Assembly (NCBI GenBank): GCA_002189035.1
Contig: NEEC01000004.1
Span: 2,666,001-2,730,000, forward strand
Direction of reading: 5' to 3'
Source of the DNA: Utricularia gibba
Lineage: Eukaryota; Plantae; Magnoliophyta
DNA: 64,000 nucleotides
In this document: piece after piece, positions 1 to 12,559 of the stretch
Position numbering within the stretch: the first letter of the stretch is position 1
Layout: every line of letters begins with the position of its first letter
The notes under the pieces: generated by a model
Database searches by the model: none
Told to the model about the DNA's origin: nothing
What the model saw: the letters and a program-made list of their open reading frames with translations, nothing else
Made by a program: the position numbers and the translations under genes

Positions 1-122
1 GTGGGGAATAGCACACCGCACCACCCCCTTTTCCTCCCTCATTCTTCACAAAAACACTGCAATAGAAAAAGGGAAATAGAATCAATAACCCAAAATGTTG
101 AAACAAAACACCCGACACTGAC

Positions 123-280
123 CGAAGAGGATCATAGCCGACGGAACCCAAATGCGTCCGAGCATGCAACAGGTGCATGCGAGGAGTAGGCCGGCAGAGG
201 TAAGCCCCACTTTGGTGAGTGTTGAGGGAAGCAATGGAAAGACGGAGTGCAGAGCATGTAGAAAGCGAAATGGAAGCCAT
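123..280 (-). CDS. First coding exon of a probable plastid-targeted protein; the gene continues beyond the left edge of the window
   Basis: aacgaaaATGGCT start context at 280. Translation MASISLSTCSALRLSIASLNTHQSGAYLCRPTPRMHLLHARTHLGSVGYDPLR is Ser/Arg-rich with only one acidic residue, as in transit peptides. CG|GTCAGT donor after 123 is followed by T-rich intron-like sequence. Product not recognised. Confidence 0.5.
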
Positions 281-1639
281 TTTCGTTGAGATTCAAGGCT
301 TTCACCGGACACTCCCGTTGGATGAACACAGGAGACAGTATGAGAATGCTGTAGATGTAAAGAACCGGTGAGGTTCGGAGTTTCGAAGAAACAACGGAAG
401 CCATTGTTTTCCGCCGAGAGAGATGAATCACCGACCTCATCCATCACCCTGTGACACGTCGCTCTGTTTCTTTTTTTTTTTTCGTTGATATTCTAATTTT
501 TGTTTGAATTGCGTATTTGAATTCTTTTTTGCTTAATGTTTCAACATAAAAATATTTAAACCATCAATTGAAAAAACTTTTACATAAGATGTGAATGTGT
601 TCGAAGCTGTACTCTTCGTACGTGAAAAAAAAAAGTGAAGAGATATTAAATAATAATACTTTAATAGTAAATAATAATTTAATATAGGTATTTATTAATA
701 TCAATAAATATTAATAAGTAGATTTAATAAATATTAAAATACCTATATATATACATATTAACTAATAATTTAATATTTTTAAGTAGATTTATAAGTAGAT
801 GAATATAACTATTTTTAAATAATAAAAATAAATATAAATTTTGTATTATGATATACAATTAAATCATATTTATAATTTATCATTTTCAAATACAAAAATA
901 AAGATTTACATTTTTCAAACATTTTATCAATAAAATTATCATTTAAATAACAATAATACCCTATTTTTTGAATACACCTACTTTTTCATTTCTTTGTTGA
1001 ATATTCATTATTCTTTTTTAATTATTTATTTTATCAACACATTATATTTATATATATATTGATATATAAATATTAATAATTAGTATGTAAAAATATTTAA
1101 AATATATAAGCAAATTATTTAAAAAATTAAAACATACATAAATATAATCTATGAATAATAGATTATTTCGAAACATATATTGTAAAACAGTTATACAAAT
1201 TATTTAATATTTATAAATTATATATAAAAAAATAATAATTAACTTTTAAAAAATGAATTTCTAATTCTATTTTGAATTTAATGTTGACTTTAAGCAATAG
1301 TAATATTTCATAAAATGTAATTTATTAAAATTTTATATTTTAAAAAATAAAAATATATAAATTTCATGCTCTCTATGAAGATAACCCAATGAAAGGTTGG
1401 CATTAATGAAAACATATATGATTTGCGTTACATTCAATAAAAAAAATAACCATTGAAATTCAATGGTATATCATTATTTAATAAAAAAAGAGGTGAAGAA
1501 TTTCTAATTATTATTTTAATAAATATAATATTATAAAAATATTTTATAAATACCATATATTTTACATAAATTTTCATTTCATTTCACACATTTATTTTGT
1601 TTGTTTCATATATTTTCCTATTACTTCTACAAATATTTA

Positions 1640-2500
1640 TCCTCATTTTATGTCTACATTATCATTCATTTCGTAACTATAATGACTATTTCATTTATAG
1701 ATATATGTGCATTTTGTCATGACAACAATTTCAATAATTTAATTATTCAAATGATATTCGATGGAGTACCGGATAAATATTTTCAGTTCAAAAGATGGAT
1801 CAACTTTGAAGTATTCTATTGTCATTTATATATTATAATAGATATGAATCCAAATCATATTTCTTTAGAATTTATTGTTCGATACATCAAAGGCGAAACA
1901 AGTTCACCAAACTATATTTTCATCACCAACTATTACTCATTACACTTTTTGTTCCATCTGGTGTCTATATGGTCATCGCACTAAAAAATGATTATTTTAA
2001 CATCACAAATTTTATTACATTAAATTTCTATTCGTAATGCACATTTTATGAAGGTAGAAATGTTGATTTGAACACATAAAATGAAGATCAGTTATCTAAC
2101 ATCTCAAAAATACATATGACTCATAATGAACCATATGAGCAACGAGATGTATGATGCAAACTTATTTTCTTGAAATTCATGTCATGACACAAAAGGAAAA
2201 TGAAAATAATCATTCAGATTCAGAGTCATATTCTAATGAAGATATACTAGAGATGATGTAGAGTGACACATAAGATCGTAAACATGTTGATAATAATGAA
2301 AATATGAATATTGAATTTGCTCCACATGAATGTAACTCTCCCATGTGACAATACTCTGTCTATCCATGTAAAATTCCATTAGAGTGTGATGCGAATAAAA
2401 TGATGTTAGTATTTGGATTCATATTCCAAACGAATGTTGAGATATAAATGATAGCAATGAATTATTCAATTTTTGTTTCTAGATAGGAATTTCATGTGCT
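1640..2500 (+). mobile_element. Highly decayed MULE transposase N-terminal remnant
   Basis: Fragment FEVFYCHLYIIIDMNPNHISLEFIVRY..SSPNYIFITN..SLHFLF resembles the N-terminal region of MuDR-type transposases and is followed by an acidic stretch. Many stops. Confidence 0.3.
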
Positions 2501-2629
2501 AAAAACTTGCAATGCTTGCTGCGAGTTGATATGTCGGGAGAATCACGACAACCGATCAGGATGTGCATGGCATCTGAAAACACACTTGTGAAAACGAACA
2601 CAGGTATGAAAAATGACATGGATTATACA

Positions 2630-4830
2630 TTTTTTCTAAGATTAACTTGCGTAGTAGATATCATCAAATTAGTATGAGGAAGGGAGATGAATGAAAGTCT
2701 GATTTCAAAATTAATTTTGGTTTATATGAATGGTTGAATATGCCTTTTGAATTGATTAATGCACTTAGTATTTTCATAAAATTGATGAATTATGTACTAC
2801 GTCCCATTCTTGGTAAATTTTTATTGTTTATTTTTAATGATATTCTTGTGTATAATAAAACATTGAAAGAACACATGCCATGTACGTGAAGTGTTGTTTG
2901 TCATGAGAAAAGAGTGTTTAAATGCTAATATCAAGAAATACACTTTTTGCACAAACAAAATATCTTTTTTCTTGCCTACATTTTGAGTGATACAGAAATC
3001 TTAGTGGATGAAGAAAATATGAAGTCAATTAGAGAATGGCCAACTCTAACCACGATCGGAGAAGTACGTAGTTTTCAATGATTGGCTACCGTCGGTTTGT
3101 CAAGGATTTCAACACATTAGCTGCATCATTGGATGAGATTGTCAAAAAATGATCAATTTTGTTGGGAGAAGCACAAGAGTTTGCATCCAAACAACTTAAG
3201 AATAAACTTAGTTCGATTCCTTTACTTTCATTATTTGATTTCTTAAAATATTTGAAATTGAATATGATGCTTCTAGAATTAGAACATGTGTTGTTCTAAT
3301 GTAAGGAGAGCGATTCATTGCATACTTCATTTAAAAGCTTGGTGAAGCTACACTCAATTATCCAACTTATGATAAGAAGTTGTACTCAATTTAGAAACTT
3401 AAAAACATTATTTGTAGTACAAGGAATTTGTTATCCATACATATCAAGAGTAAAATAAACCTCAACATAAAGTATGCAAGATGGGTGGAATTTTTAGATA
3501 TGCTTCTTTACATCATCAAATACAAGAAAGATAAAGAGAACATTATTGTTAATATATTGTCACAAAGATAGATACTTTTGGCTACTCTTAATGCTTAAAT
3601 GCTAAAGTTTTCAACAATAAAAGAGCTTTATACTCTTGATCATGATTTTAAATATATCTATATTTTGTGTGAATATAAACCTCATGAAACTTCTCATATG
3701 TAGGATGATTTTCATTTTTTAAGAAGAGCAAGTTATGTATTCCATAATATTCTACTCAAGAGTTATAAGTGAAAGAGGTGCATGGTAAAGGACTTATGGG
3801 ATATTTTGGAGTCACCAAGATGTTTGATGTGCAAAAATGTCAAACCAAAATCTAGTTTTTAAAGATTATACACTCCTCTTCCTACTTATATTCACTCTAA
3901 AATTGATTTTTCTATAGATTTTATTTTAAGTTTACCAAAAACTCAAAAGGTCAAGGATTCATTATATGTAGTAGTTGACAGATTCTCCAAGATGACATAT
4001 TTTATCCATTGTCATAAGACTGATGATATTACACATGTTGTAAATTTATTATTTAGAAAAATTGTTAGACTTCATGATATGTCACTTACCATTATAAATA
4101 ATTGTTAGACTTCATGATATTACACATGTTGATACCAAGTTTCTCAATCACTTATGAACAAAACTTCTTTTTTCTATCACTTGTCATCCTAAACTGATAG
4201 ACAAATTGGGGTAACAAGCGGAATTCTATCTACCTTCATGCCATCATAAAAAAAAGAACATGGGAAGATTGCTTGTCTAATATTGAGTTTGCATACAATA
4301 GAGTATACATTCTTCAACACGTTGCTTTCCTTTTGAAATTCTATATAAAATTTAATCCTCATGCTCCTATACCCTTGATGCCATTACCATCTGATTAATT
4401 TCGTAGTTTTAATGGTATTAAGAGAGTAGATATCATTAGAACACTCCATGGAAAGGTTCGAAGTCAACTTCAAGTAAAAAATAAGTACTATGAAATAAAG
4501 AGAAATAGACATAGAAAGAGAGTTATCCTATAACCAAGATATTGAGTTTGGGCACATTTTCAAAAAGAAAGATTTCCAAATAATAAACAGTCAAAATTTT
4601 CTCCAAAAGGAGATATACTCTTTCAAGTCATTGAGAAATTAATGACAATGGCTACAAAATTGATTTATCAGGTGAATTTTTTGTTCATTTTACATTCAAT
4701 ATTGCCATAAATAAAGATAATGAAGATGAATGATAGAAGTATATCATTCCCCTTATCTTTTTACTTGAATCACTCACAAGATCAAGAGCATGAAAGCATC
4801 AAGAACTCCTCAAGGAATTATGGTTCAATT
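2630..4830 (+). mobile_element. Degenerate Ty3/gypsy pol (RT-RNaseH-integrase), CRM-like clade
   Basis: [40 protein letters not shown]...FIFNDILVYNK matches the RT motifs. The integrase DFILSLPK...VVVDRFSKMTYFIHCHKTDD is present, as are a WAHFQKERFPNNKQSKFSPKGD tail and a TRSRA motif near 4780, both typical of CRM elements. Numerous stops and frameshifts. Confidence 0.85.
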
Positions 4831-5458
4831 AAGAAAACAATAAAAATTTATGACATTGAGTTCAACCTACTTAGGTTGGATCAAGTTGATGACTCATAAT
4901 GTTCTAGTTAACTAGTAGTATTTTTATTTTGAAAAGTCTCCTTTTTATAACTATATAAGAATGATCCTATTCTTTTTTATAAACAACTTTGATTTTAATG
5001 TGTTTTGAGAGTTATGCTACTTTTTTGAGTACTTATAGAATTTTAAATTTATCAAACTTTGTTTTTGATATCTAGTGTAGTTTGTGACTCATATTTTCTT
5101 TCTTGTATTATGAATATAACACCATTTTCATAGTTTGGATTGAAAACATATTTTTTTCTTCAGGGCCAACTTCTTCTTTTATTGAAGGATTATTTCATTT
5201 AAAATCCAAAATCTGATTTACCAAATACTTATTGTTTGGAAGGTTGTATCAAAGTATATTGGTAAAATTCAAGAATGAATTTCACTAGTGTCATTTTAAT
5301 AGAGACTCTTTTAGCATTTAGAATTATTGGTATTCGGGAAAGAATTACTTGAATAAAACATATGTTCTAATGCTTGAAAATGATATGTAGTACTAATTTT
5401 ATAGATGTAAAAGATGGATTTTTTGTAACAAATTACATGCAATATTTTTAAAAAATCA

Positions 5459-5535
5459 ATGCAATTGTTACAAGAAAGCACATGCAATTGTTATAAAAAG
5501 ACATATGAAATTATTATAAGAAAGCACATGAAATG
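5459..5535. repeat. Imperfect 23-bp tandem repeat, about 3.3 copies
   Basis: Units ATGCAATTGTTACAAGAAAGCAC / ATGCAATTGTTATAAAAAGACAT / ATGAAATTATTATAAGAAAGCAC / ATGAAATG. Confidence 0.8.
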
Positions 5536-6633
5536 TTGAACAATAGCAAATTCTGTTAGGTTTACTAATGAAATAACACAACTTTAAATCATAAGTTTCT
5601 TACTATATTTAAAGTTTAGTTACTAATACATCAATAAAAATGTTCATTAAGGTCAAGATCAATCTAACATTATTAAAACTAACTTTAAAAAATATTATTT
5701 TAGGTTGGCGCCGTTGTATATTATGATAAATGCAACATTCATTCATTTTTTTTTTTACAAAAGCTTTAAGATAAATAATATTATTAGAATCCAATGTAGT
5801 ATATTTAAATACACTTAGATCTTCTCATGCCTTTGTAATTCCTTCATTGTATCTAAGCATTTTGCAATCATAAGTAACTCTAGTCCCAACCTTGATTCTA
5901 ATTATTTTCTCGAGAAATGCAGTATATGTCAGCAACTCAAATCTCAAGAAACTGAAGAAGAACAATGAAATTGTAGAAGATATGGACAAAAGTTGAATGA
6001 AGTACAACCAAAATCTTAAATTGAAGAAAAAAGAGTGACTTTAGACATCATGAGAGGGAGAAAATATCTCTACTATTTCAAAGAACACGATATAGACTTC
6101 TTAGAAGGAGATCTAGAGAAAAATTATTATGTTATTTATGAGTGTCTCAAGTCATTATCTTCTTTTATATTTGATTTTATCCGTTTACTATCTTTCTGCA
6201 TATTATCATCGAATTGTTTTAATCTTAATTTAGACTAAATTTTTTAATCGTGACAAAAATAATATGCATCAACTTTCACACAACAAACACATACCTCCTT
6301 GTATTAGACCTTGATCTATTATATTCATATTTTTTATATGATTGATTTTGAATTAGATTTATAAATTTATTTAATAGAAGAATTTACAATTTTAATGGCG
6401 TTGCAAAAATTTTCGTTTATTAGTCAAAAACATAATATTTACGTAAAAAGACAAGAAGTGGGCAGAATAATGTTTTGAACAAGTGATACATGACCCAAGA
6501 TATATATAGAAATTGTACTTACAATGATTTGGATTCATTTTCAAACTTGAATTTTTTTTCTAACAAAACAACGTGCTTGAGTGAAAACAGTACCGGCTCG
6601 TAATAATTAGGATGTTATTGGGCAAACCCACCC

Positions 6634-6674
6634 GGCCCAGGAAGGAAACCCTAGTCAACTGCTGCGTATATAAA
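6634..6674 (+). promoter_or_regulatory. Site II + telo-box + TATA promoter of the snoRNA cluster
   Basis: GGCCCA 6634-6639, AAACCCTA 6646-6653, TATATAAA 6667-6674. This combination is typical of plant snoRNA and ribosomal-protein gene promoters. Confidence 0.75.
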
Positions 6675-6821
6675 TTCATTCTCTTCGACTGCGGGGAAGA
6701 ATGTGCATCCTTCCGTGGTACTCTAGAGTGCTCGAGCATCGTTTTTTTTTTTTTTTTTTTTTGAAGTTTTTCCAGGTTTCGAATTGCATTTCCTAGTCGC
6801 AGTGTATTTTGCTTTTCGAAG

Positions 6822-6910
6822 GGAAAATGATGATGTGATTGTCGCCCCAGTCTTAATTTGCATCTTAAAACGGATGTAATCTGGTGAATGACATTTTTTT
6901 GTCTGATTCC
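6822..6910 (+). ncRNA. U31: Box C/D snoRNA U31 (SNORD31/snR67 family)
   Basis: Box C ATGATGA 6827-6833, box D CTGA 6903-6906, GGAA/TTCC terminal stem. The guide GTCGCCCCAGT before D' (CTTA) is complementary to the LSU P-loop GGCUGGGGCGGC, like the recalled human U31 guide ACCGCCCCAGTCTGA. Confidence 0.85.
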
Positions 6911-6958
6911 TCTCGATCCGCATAATTTTTGTTCTAGTGTTTGTTGTTGAAGGGCAAT

Positions 6959-7039
6959 GGAGGCGTGATGATGATAACCCATCTACGCTATCTGTATGTA
7001 AATGATGATTCTGGAATCATGCACTACCATCTGATCTCT
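6959..7039 (+). ncRNA. U33: Box C/D snoRNA U33 (SNORD33 family)
   Basis: Box C GTGATGA 6965-6971, internal C' ATGATGA, box D CTGA 7031-7034. CATGCACTACCATCTGA matches the recalled U33 18S guide. Confidence 0.88.
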
Positions 7040-7066
7040 ATTGCTCTTCTTTGCTTTTATTTGTGG

Positions 7067-7158
7067 AGCAATCGATGATGAAATGCTGTAAATGTCACTG
7101 AGTTTACTTGCTGTGATTATTACAAACACAAATTCACCATCTTTCGGCTGAGATTGCT
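7067..7158 (+). ncRNA. U51: Box C/D snoRNA U51 (SNORD51/snR39 family)
   Basis: Perfect 7-bp terminal stem AGCAATC/GATTGCT, box C ATGATGA 7075-7081, box D CTGA 7148-7151. TCACCATCTTTCGGCTGA matches the recalled U51 guide. Confidence 0.9.
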
Positions 7159-7198
7159 TTTTTTTGTGAATAGATCCTGTAACCGCACTCCTCTCTGT

Positions 7199-7325
7199 GC
7201 TGCCCGTGGTATCTAATGTCCAGGATATATCTTATGTCTGGCCATTTCGTTAAAAGGGCATAGAAGAATCAACAGTTCTTGCGACACGGATTGCTTTGCA
7301 CACAATAAGCTTTCTGTTACTAAAA
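7199..7325 (+). ncRNA. snoR5: Box H/ACA snoRNA, snoR5 (snR31-like)
   Basis: Hairpin 1 is closed by TGCCC/GGGCA, with pocket strands GGTATCT and TCGTT complementary to 18S GACGA-UC-AGAUACC. H box AGAAGA at 7262-7267. Hairpin 2 is closed by AACAG/CTGTT, with CTTGCGAC complementary to 18S GUCGCAAG. The 3' ACA box is non-canonical or uncertain. Confidence 0.7.
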
Positions 7326-8600
7326 TACTGCTCACATTTTGAAGCAGTCTGTTTTCTTGCCTTCCAGAAGTTGGTCATTGTGCTGTTTTCTTCCCTTCAT
7401 CGCGTGTATTTCAAATTTTACACAACAATGAGTTTTCTCAAAAGAGTAAATAAGAAACACAAAAGTTGGTTTCTCGGAGGAAGATGTTCGAGAGGGAGAC
7501 ATGAAAATCTACAGAACTTTCTATTTGTTGCAAGATCTTGAGGCCGGTTCAAATGTCCGCATCAGATCTTATAGGAACAAAAGCTGGAGCTTGGAAGAAG
7601 TGGCCCGTGTTATTTGAATTATTTGGTTCATTATCTTGGTGTGACGATGGTTCGAGGTGCACACTCTTGTTTTGAAGCTTGAAGGGCCTTTTTATTAGTT
7701 GATTGGTTACGTTAGAGCATCTTTAATGACTTTTGAAATATTCAATTTGGGTTTTTTTTATGAGTAATACACTAATTTCAAAATATACAAAACATAATTG
7801 TAAGATAAATCTTTTCAAGTTTGAAAAATTATCAATATACTTTATAGTCTATTCAATTATTTGAATTAGAGAGATGAATACATGTAGTGTCATGATTTAA
7901 AGTTAAGCTTTTAGATTTTGTATTTGGAAGTGCAACAAATGATAAATAATAATCTAATATCCTATTATATTATGATTAAAAATATCTTGATATCTAAAAA
8001 ATTGAAATAGATAAAAACAATGAAGTCAAGGCTAAATCATCTAAACTATTTTGACTAATTTGAAAAGATTTACTGGGCTCTTAACTCACTTACCATGGAA
8101 GAAAAATGCAATCATTAGAGAAAGAACATGAAAGAGACTGCCAATAGGGAAGAAAAACCAGAAAAATTCACATAGTAAATAAAGAATATTAATCAGCAAA
8201 AATCATGTTTATTTGAAAGCAAAAACAACAAATATAAAGTAGAACATAGAAAAAAAACCTAAATTTAAAAGCCACAAAATGGATTCAGAGAAACTAAACA
8301 ACAATAAGAATAGAAAATAGCTAGAAAAGAGATGAAATGCACCTAAAACGAATTAAAAACAACTAAAAATAGAATCCAAAGAAGTGGAGCATAGCAAAAG
8401 AATCTCAAGGAGTGTGGGTGAAGAAAAAGTGAGACACATATTCTTCGGGGCCTTTTTAAACCTCGTTCCATGAGGAAATGGGGCTTCCTTCTCCATGTTT
8501 CCGCATAATCAACTTTTTCTAAATTAATAATTTCCTCAAAGTTAATAAAAGTTTCTAGAAAGCACATTAGCATTTTCAGAAATCATTAAAAATTCTCTTA

Positions 8601-9530
8601 GAGTGCATTTGGTTCGTGGATAAGGAGGGATAATTAAATGTTATATCGTCATTCAGTGTTTGGTTACGAATAAAGAATTAATTATCCTTTATTGTATGGA
8701 TTTCTTATTCCACGAAAATAGTATAAAATAGTACAGGGTTGGTGGTATTTTTTAATCCCACCCAATAATATCATAAATGCCCTTTTTTTTGTAGAAAACC
8801 CAATTGTCAAGGGTTTTGTTTTTTCACCCAATCGAAGAAAACCCAATTCCCAGATTGAATAACGTCTCGAGATTCAACTAATTCCTCGCGCTGCTGCCAC
8901 CATTTCTGGGACCGACCAACGCCTCACTTGCATAGATATCTTTAATTGCTTTATTAATTATTTCGGTAAAAAAATAATTTCATCTTTCATTTGCAAGTTA
9001 TTTCTTTGATTTGTATTTATGGTGATAATATTGATCAAATGTATTTTACAGTGCTGTAATGGAAATTCAGCAGAGAAAATATTCATTTTTTATGCTTTCG
9101 ATGGAGTTCTTAAATAGTCAAGATAGTATCATGCGGTTCATCGTTATTTCATATCTCTTGCGAATATTAATTTGTCAGAATAACACACGAAGGTACTCAT
9201 TACAAGATAGAATTCCTAAACAAGTTAACTATCTGCGAGATCTTTTGAGTGATTTTAGGGATACAATTCATGACAACTTGAGGTTGAGCACAAACATTCT
9301 ATCAAAGTTATGCCACATCCTACAACAACATATTGGTTTACAGCCAGGAAAATACGTGTCAATAGTGGAGATGGTTGCTTCTTTCCTAGGTGTATTAGCA
9401 TACCATAAGAAGCATCGTCAACAAAAATTCAGCTTTTGCCGACCCACGGAGACTGTGCACAAATACTTTCATATAGTCCTTAAAGTTATTTTGAAGCTTC
9501 ATGATGTTATGCTTGCTAAACCATGTCTCT
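8601..9530 (+). mobile_element. Truncated PIF/Harbinger element (TIR plus transposase N-terminus)
   Basis: TTA|GAGTGCATTTGGTT TIR-like end. ORF 9059-9556 reads RIPKQVNYL..HDNLRL..KLCHIL..VSIVEMVASFLGVLAYHKKHR..RPTETVHKYFH..LKLH, a Harbinger transposase N-terminus that is cut off where the MULE begins. Confidence 0.8.
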
Positions 9531-9539
9531 CCATTGAGA

Positions 9540-12530
9540 GAGAATTACACAAATAGTGTTAAATAAGTAATCATATTACAAAACTACATCACTTTTCCAA
9601 ACTATTACACAACTAATGTTATTTTTATTGAAAAAATATCAATATTATCATTTTAACCCCCAAAACTTTTCTACAATTAGATTAATTACCATCACTATCT
9701 TCAAATTACAAAGGGAAACTACTAATGATTTTTATTGTTCCATGTGTAGAACCCTAAATGAAGGATTTTGGGTAGGGGATTGGAATTTAGGGAAATGGAT
9801 TAAGCCATCATTGATTATTTTCAGTCGGTTTCAGAAAGCTCTTCCATCACGACCACTTGCAGGGAGGAGAGCTACATCCACCCAGTTAGACTAATGTAAT
9901 TATAGTCTCATATTTGCCATGACATAAATCCAATCACACTAATATAGCTTGGACAAAGAAAAATCCAGCATGTCTGATGGCAAGCAAACTGATATAAATA
10001 GCATTCGTATAAACCGAGAAAGGACAATCGAACAAAACAAAAGCAAAAACAAAATTTATAAAATAAATCATATTCCATCAATAATATTTTCCCTTTGCTT
10101 CTTGCGACACTGTCGATCGATTTCATATGGATAATGTTTGGCTCTCTTTCTACCAACTTTTGTTTGAGAACGGAAATAGGGATTGTGAGCCAAATGAAAA
10201 GGAGCTTTCCAACATGATTCCTCTAATAGACACTCAAACTGATAAGAATATGTAGTTTCCAATACGTCAATACTAAAATCATCTGGCACGTATTCACATG
10301 GATCAATTTACTTGCGAACTTGAAAAGAGATAAAATAATAAATATTTTAAAATTAGAGAGGAAGATCTTTAATAATAATTTTCAAATAAGTACCTACATT
10401 GAGTGTGAACAAGGGATCTTGTAAACAAATCATTTACCGCATGTACAAGAACGGTTTTTCAAACTAACGTTGTAAACCTGAGGGCCGCGACCTGGTTTAC
10501 CTGGCAGAATGACAGATGCTGTCATAGTATTTGTGTTATATGGACGAACAGAATATTTTGTAGCCTTTTTGTCCCATCGACTATATCTCAAATGAATTTT
10601 TTCTAGCCATAGATGACATTCTTGTTTCAAATGATTTATCTCTCCTCGATGTTCTTGAAAGTAATCCAGACAACACAAAAACGTAGCATGTGCAATAGCT
10701 GTTGGAGGTAGCCGATGAGCACCTCTGAGTACACTATTCATAATCTATGACCAATTTGATGTTGCATACTCATACCTATATAATTGATATTAGTTATTAC
10801 AATGATTAAAAATAAGGATACAAAATAACATACCTTGCACCACCATCGTATCGGATTGATCTTCTTCAACCATTGATGTGTTTCTTCATTTATTTTTCAA
10901 ATATTTTCCATGATAATGTCATACTTGCTTATATCTTCAGCATATGCAGCTGACCATTCCATGCTTTTCAAATGAGAATTTTTGAATTTATCCATGAAAT
11001 TGGATATCACATGTCTCATACAAAATCGATAACAACCTTCAGGTTCATTAAATGCAAAAATGTAAGGTAGAGCCCCTATTAAACCATAGCCTCTATAAGA
11101 TATGAGGCATGTATTTCACTGTCCTTGAACAATATGTGTGCTAAGAAGATCAAGAAACCAGTGCCATGAATATTTCGATTCCTCATCTACGAAAGCAAAA
11201 GCTAATGGCAAAATATGACCACTAGCATCAAGAGTAGTAGCAATAAGAAGTTTGCATTGATAATCTGATTGCAAATATGTCGCATCAACTGTAATAACTG
11301 GTCGACAATGCTTATATGCATCAATATATGGTCCAAATGCCTAGAAAACATAATACATCATTGAATTTCCATTCTCCAAAGGTATATTATTATATTCAAA
11401 AACAGTACCTATATGGTAGAACCATGAAAACTAGTGTTTAAGAAGAATAAAATATCATAATAATTGAAGGAATAATATAATAACAATAAGTAATGTAAAA
11501 ATGTTACCTAGATTTGTTGCTTGCACAGCTTGAAGGAAGCATGGCAATTTAGGAACAGATGTTTCCCATGTGCCATATATTTCTTGCACTGCTAAATTGA
11601 CTGCTTGTCAGGCTTTACTCGCCTTAATATCAAACTTGAACTGATTTTTGATCAATCGACGAACTTCAGCAATTGTGATAATAGGATCTCTCTTAATATC
11701 AGAAAGTATCTTAGAAGCTATAAATCTCATACTCAGATTGTTATGCTCCAAAGATGCTGCTAATATAACATTTATGCAATCCTTCATACTTAGAAACCTT
11801 CCAAACCTGCAATTTTTTTTAAATATACCTATGACTCTCCAATTGCAAGGCTGCATTCCATTTTCTTGTGGGCAATGCACCTCCCATAATTTTTGTACTA
11901 TATTTCACAACATATGCTCTTTTACTGACTTCTATACAATACCTTTGAATGGCCATTTGAAAAGCTTCTTTGAAGTCAAAGCAGATAGATGTGTCAAATA
12001 ATTCCTTCTCAATATTACAATCGTCAACATGGTAGGGAATGCCAACAGAATCTGCTAATATAGGAGTAGAAGATGTAAACAAATTTCTCGGATTCTATGA
12101 TGACTGATTTTCTGTTGTAGCATTTATAATCTCATCTTGATGAATTGATTCACTCCTAAGTGGTGCATGTGCAGTGGAAATGCATGTATATATGACTAAT
12201 ATCAATAATTAAAAAGACATTACAATAGCTATAAACATATACATATATACCTGCATTAGCTATCAATGAAACCTCTTCAATATACATATTGATCCCACTA
12301 GCATTTCGTTGCATATCAAAGAGATAAGTGAGCATGAGATCACTGTCTACAATATGAAAGAAAGATTTGGCATGATTTGCATTATCCATCACCATATATT
12401 GCACATAAATCTTCAACAATGAATCATGTGCTCCGATAATTTCTCGTAATTGAGTTAACATCCCTTCACCCATGGAATGATAAAAACAAGAACTAAGAAA
12501 CAATGATGAATTTTACAAAGAATTCTAGAC
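9540..12530 (-). mobile_element. MULE (MuDR-like) element with decayed transposase
   Basis: Ordered remnants: N-terminal domain (12156-12503), MuDR DNA-binding region (FDFKEAFQMAIQRYCI; CNWRV), MULE catalytic domain (VDATYL..LLIATTLDASGHILPLAFAFV..FCMRHVISNF), SWIM (VSLKNRSCTCG). A TIR-like AATTACACAAATAG..TTACAAAACTAC lies at about 9543-9600. Confidence 0.85.
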
Positions 12531-12559
12531 CCACACTATCATGCTTCACCTTAAGACAT

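Noticed and set aside
82-447. 121-aa and 102-aa ORFs from the track as the real CDS
   Set aside because: The third frame starting at 280 gives a typical transit peptide and runs open to the splice donor. The longer ORFs look like alternative-frame products.
5706-5716. TGGCGCCGTTG resembling a tRNA-Asp primer-binding site
   Set aside because: It is not preceded by an LTR end (CA) and not followed by gag; chance match or unrecognisable relic.
8230-8580. Possible LTR fragment on the minus strand
   Set aside because: Only the composition is suggestive; no ends, PBS or second copy in the window.
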